A stretch of 64,000 nt of DNA from a bacterium (GTDB taxonomy: Bacteria > Patescibacteriota > Minisyncoccia > UBA6257 > MFKM01). A model generated the notes under the pieces. It was not told the DNA's origin and made no database searches. It saw only the letters and a list, made by a program, of their open reading frames with translations. The DNA lies in NCBI GenBank assembly GCA_030693325.1, contig JAUYAV010000011.1, positions 1,368 to 65,367 of the forward strand, in the 5' to 3' direction. Below, one piece after another: positions 61,397-64,000 of the stretch; position 1 is the first letter of the stretch, and each line of letters starts with the position of its first letter. The position numbers and the translations under genes are program-made.

Positions 61397-62251
61397 TTAT
61401 TCTTCTTTAATTTTTCCGCACAAAGTCCGCAACTCTTTTAAAGCCAAATCGGCTTCGTCTTTTGTCGGTGGCACGCCGTGATATTTAAATTCGCATTCCA
61501 TGAAACCCACTCCCTTGCCGGGGATGGTGTGGGCGATAATTATTGTCGGTTTTTCATAAATCGCTTTGGCTTCGTTGGTGGCGTCAATTATCGCTTCAAT
61601 GTTGTGGCCGTCAACTTCAAGCACGTGCCAATTGAAGGCCTCGTATTTTTCCCGCAACGGTTCCAAGGGCATCACGTTTTCGGTATAGCCGTCAATCTGG
61701 ATATTATTGCGATCTAAAATAGCGGTGACATTACTCAAGCGATTCTTACCCGCAAACAACATCGCCTCCCAGACATTTCCTTCGTTCTGCTCGCCGTCCG
61801 AGGTGACGCAATAAATCCGATGCTTCTTCTTATCCATCCGGGCCGCCAAAGCCATACCGATGGACTGGGAAAGGCCGGCGCCCAAAGGGCCGGAAGTGGC
61901 TTCAATGCCCGGCAGGGCCCCATAATGGGGATGACCCTGAAGACGGGAATTGATTTTTCTCAAGGTTTTCAATTCTTCCAAAGGAAAATAGCCGGCATAG
62001 GCCATCGCCACGTACTGAACCGGGCAATAATGGCCACAGGATAAAATCAGTCGATCCCGTTCCGGCCATTCGGGATTTTTCGGGTCGTGATTAAGGATAT
62101 GGAAATAAAGAGCCGTGAAAATATCGGCGCTGCCCAAAGTGGAAGCAGAATGGCCGGAGCCCGCTTCAAGCAAGGTCTCAATTATTTTCTGGCGAATTTT
62201 ATTCGCCATCTCCTCAAGAAATTTTATTTTTTTGTCGTAGGATTCAGCCAT
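61397..62251 (-). CDS. Transketolase, N-terminal subunit
   Basis: SGH, DRLILSCGH, LQGHP, DGEQNEG. Confidence 0.93.
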   Translation of the reverse strand: MAESYDKKIKFLEEMANKIRQKIIETLLEAGSGHSASTLGSADIFTALYFHILNHDPKNPEWPERDRLILSCGHYCPVQYVAMAYAGYFPLEELKTLRKINSRLQGHPHYGALPGIEATSGPLGAGLSQSIGMALAARMDKKKHRIYCVTSDGEQNEGNVWEAMLFAGKNRLSNVTAILDRNNIQIDGYTENVMPLEPLREKYEAFNWHVLEVDGHNIEAIIDATNEAKAIYEKPTIIIAHTIPGKGVGFMECEFKYHGVPPTKDEADLALKELRTLCGKIKEE

Positions 62252-62258
62252 TTTATTT

Positions 62259-62930
62259 TTAGATGTTTAAAAAATCTTCATACGCTTTTTGCGGATTCGG
62301 ACTACCGAAAATATACGATGCCGAAACAATAATATCCACTCCGGCTTCTTTGGCTAATTTGGCGGTTTCCAAATCAATTCCGCCGTCTGCTTCTATAATA
62401 ACACCCGGATAATAATTCTTCAAAAATTTAATTTTTTCCAAAACATTTTCATTTAATTTTTGCCCCGCCAAACCGGGACTTACCCCCAAAACCAGCACGA
62501 ATTTTATAAGACGCTGATTTACGCCGATTTCGGGCTGATTAATGCTGATAAATGGAATTAGTTTTTCAACTGACGTTTCCGGATTAATCGCCAAACCAAT
62601 TTCACAATTTTTATCAAATAAATTTTGAATTTTAAATTGTAATTTTGATTTTTCCAATGCTTCCAGAGAAATAATTATTCGTTTGGCGCCGGCTGAAACC
62701 CAGTCCTTAATTACGACTTCGGGATTTTCCACCATTAAATGAACTTCAATATCGGCTTTCAGCCCGGAATTTATAGCTTTTAAGTCGCCGGGATTGTTCC
62801 AAGTGGTATTGGCGGCGAATTTGCCGTCAACAACGTCAAGATGAATCCACCGGCTGAATTCGCCGGCGATATTGATTTTTTTTAAAACCTCGCTAAATTC
62901 AATTTCGTTAATGGCCGGGATTACTAACAT
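62259..62930 (-). CDS. rpe: Ribulose-phosphate 3-epimerase
   Basis: HLDVVDG, EVHLMV, PGLAGQ, DGGI. Confidence 0.92.
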   Translation of the reverse strand: MLVIPAINEIEFSEVLKKINIAGEFSRWIHLDVVDGKFAANTTWNNPGDLKAINSGLKADIEVHLMVENPEVVIKDWVSAGAKRIIISLEALEKSKLQFKIQNLFDKNCEIGLAINPETSVEKLIPFISINQPEIGVNQRLIKFVLVLGVSPGLAGQKLNENVLEKIKFLKNYYPGVIIEADGGIDLETAKLAKEAGVDIIVSASYIFGSPNPQKAYEDFLNI

Positions 62931-62955
62931 AAAATTATAATTTACTGACTAGTGG

Positions 62956-63408
62956 CTAATTACTCGCTTCTATTTCGGCAATTTTTTTTAATCGTCTTTT
63001 ATGGCGTTCTTCTTTAGAAAAAGGCGTCTGCAGCCAAACGCTTAAGATTTTTTTAGCTTGTTCTTCGTCCAAAAAATCGGCCGCCAAACATAAAACATTA
63101 GCGTCAACATCATTACGGCTGGAAAAGGCCTGGTCGGGATTATTGGCCAAAGCCGAGCGAATGCGGCTAAATTTATTAGCCGTTACGTCTATGCCCACGC
63201 CTGAACCGCAAATCAAAATCCCCCGCCTGTTGTCCGGGTCCTGGGCCACTTCCTGAGCCACTGCGGCGACAAAATCGGGATAATCATCAACCTCGTCGTA
63301 ATGGTCGTTACCCTTGTCGTCCACGGTGTACCCCCGATTTGAAATAAATTGTTTTAATTTTTCCTTAAGATTGAAACCCCGATGGTCGGCGCCGATAAAA
63401 ATTATCAT
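62956..63408 (-). CDS. rpiB: Ribose-5-phosphate isomerase B
   Basis: GADHRG, DDYPD, CGSGVG, ANK, RH.RR. Confidence 0.93.
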   Translation of the reverse strand: MIIFIGADHRGFNLKEKLKQFISNRGYTVDDKGNDHYDEVDDYPDFVAAVAQEVAQDPDNRRGILICGSGVGIDVTANKFSRIRSALANNPDQAFSSRNDVDANVLCLAADFLDEEQAKKILSVWLQTPFSKEERHKRRLKKIAEIEASN

Positions 63409-63414
63409 ATGTTT

Positions 63415-64000
63415 TTATAATGCTTCCGCCGCTCTCAAAACGTGTTTTATCAAAATAGAACAATAGCCCCATTCATTTTCGTACCAAACCAGAACCTTTA
63501 CCAAATCTCCGTCAACTACTTTAGTGAAGGACAAATCCACAATCGCGCCGGTTTCTTTTCCGATAATATCCGAAGAAACCAACGGCTCTTCGCTGACTTC
63601 CAGAATTCCTTTCATTTCGGGGTTAGCCGCGGCCTTTTTTAAAATTTCATTAATTTCTTCAACCGAGGTTTTCCGCTTTGCCAAAAAAGTAATATCAGCC
63701 AGAGACCCGCAAACCACCGGCGTCCTTATGGCGATGCCGTCAAACTTGCCGTCCAATTCTTTAATCACCCGGCCAACCGTTAAAGCCGCTCCGGTTGTTG
63801 AAGGAATCAAATTCTGGGCTCCGGCTCGGCCCCGCAAAAAATCTTTGCCTTTAACCGGCCCGTCAACCAAACTCTGGGTAGCGGTGTAGGCGTGAGTGGT
63901 ATTTAAAATTGCTTTGCTGATGCCTGGATTTTTCGCCAAAACCGCCATTACCGGCGCGACAGCATTGGTGGTGCAAGACCCGTTGGAAGTTAAATTAGTA
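63415..64000 (-). CDS. gap: Glyceraldehyde-3-phosphate dehydrogenase (5' part outside window)
   Basis: SNGSCTTN at the edge, HAYTATQ, PSTTGAA, WYENEWGY. Confidence 0.94.
   Translation of the reverse strand, partial: TNLTSNGSCTTNAVAPVMAVLAKNPGISKAILNTTHAYTATQSLVDGPVKGKDFLRGRAGAQNLIPSTTGAALTVGRVIKELDGKFDGIAIRTPVVCGSLADITFLAKRKTSVEEINEILKKAAANPEMKGILEVSEEPLVSSDIIGKETGAIVDLSFTKVVDGDLVKVLVWYENEWGYCSILIKHVLRAAEAL

Overview
A 64-kb piece of a low-GC, gene-dense bacterial chromosome whose gene content looks like Patescibacteria/CPR (Parcubacteria-like); that placement is inferred from the sequence alone. Housekeeping content includes a 23S-5S rRNA unit with no adjacent 16S, a fused rpoB-rpoC, rpsF-ssb-rpsR, parAB, murB, hpf, secA, a glycosylation cluster, ftsEX, a short RF2, typA, obgE, fmt/def, gltX, murG and pentose-phosphate genes, plus four tRNAs. 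The 23S carries two group I introns, one in the sarcin-ricin loop with a LAGLIDADG gene. The most interesting signals are non-coding or semi-coding. (1) A (GA)28 slippage tract frame-switches a leader ORF that runs through a terminator-like hairpin and stops 2 nt before an 879-aa pilin-adhesin, a candidate phase-variable attenuator that is currently OFF. (2) A ~140-bp four-copy element has covarying stems and invariant cGNAg triloops, consistent with a structured ssDNA element; one copy is translated inside a gene. (3) A ~185-nt multi-hairpin RNA with GNRA loops precedes an orphan secreted protein. (4) A free-standing LAGLIDADG gene lies between a tRNA 5' fragment and an intact tRNA-Gln. (5) Many small palindrome families supply stop codons, -35 boxes or in-frame peptides. 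All calls were made by eye, without database searches.
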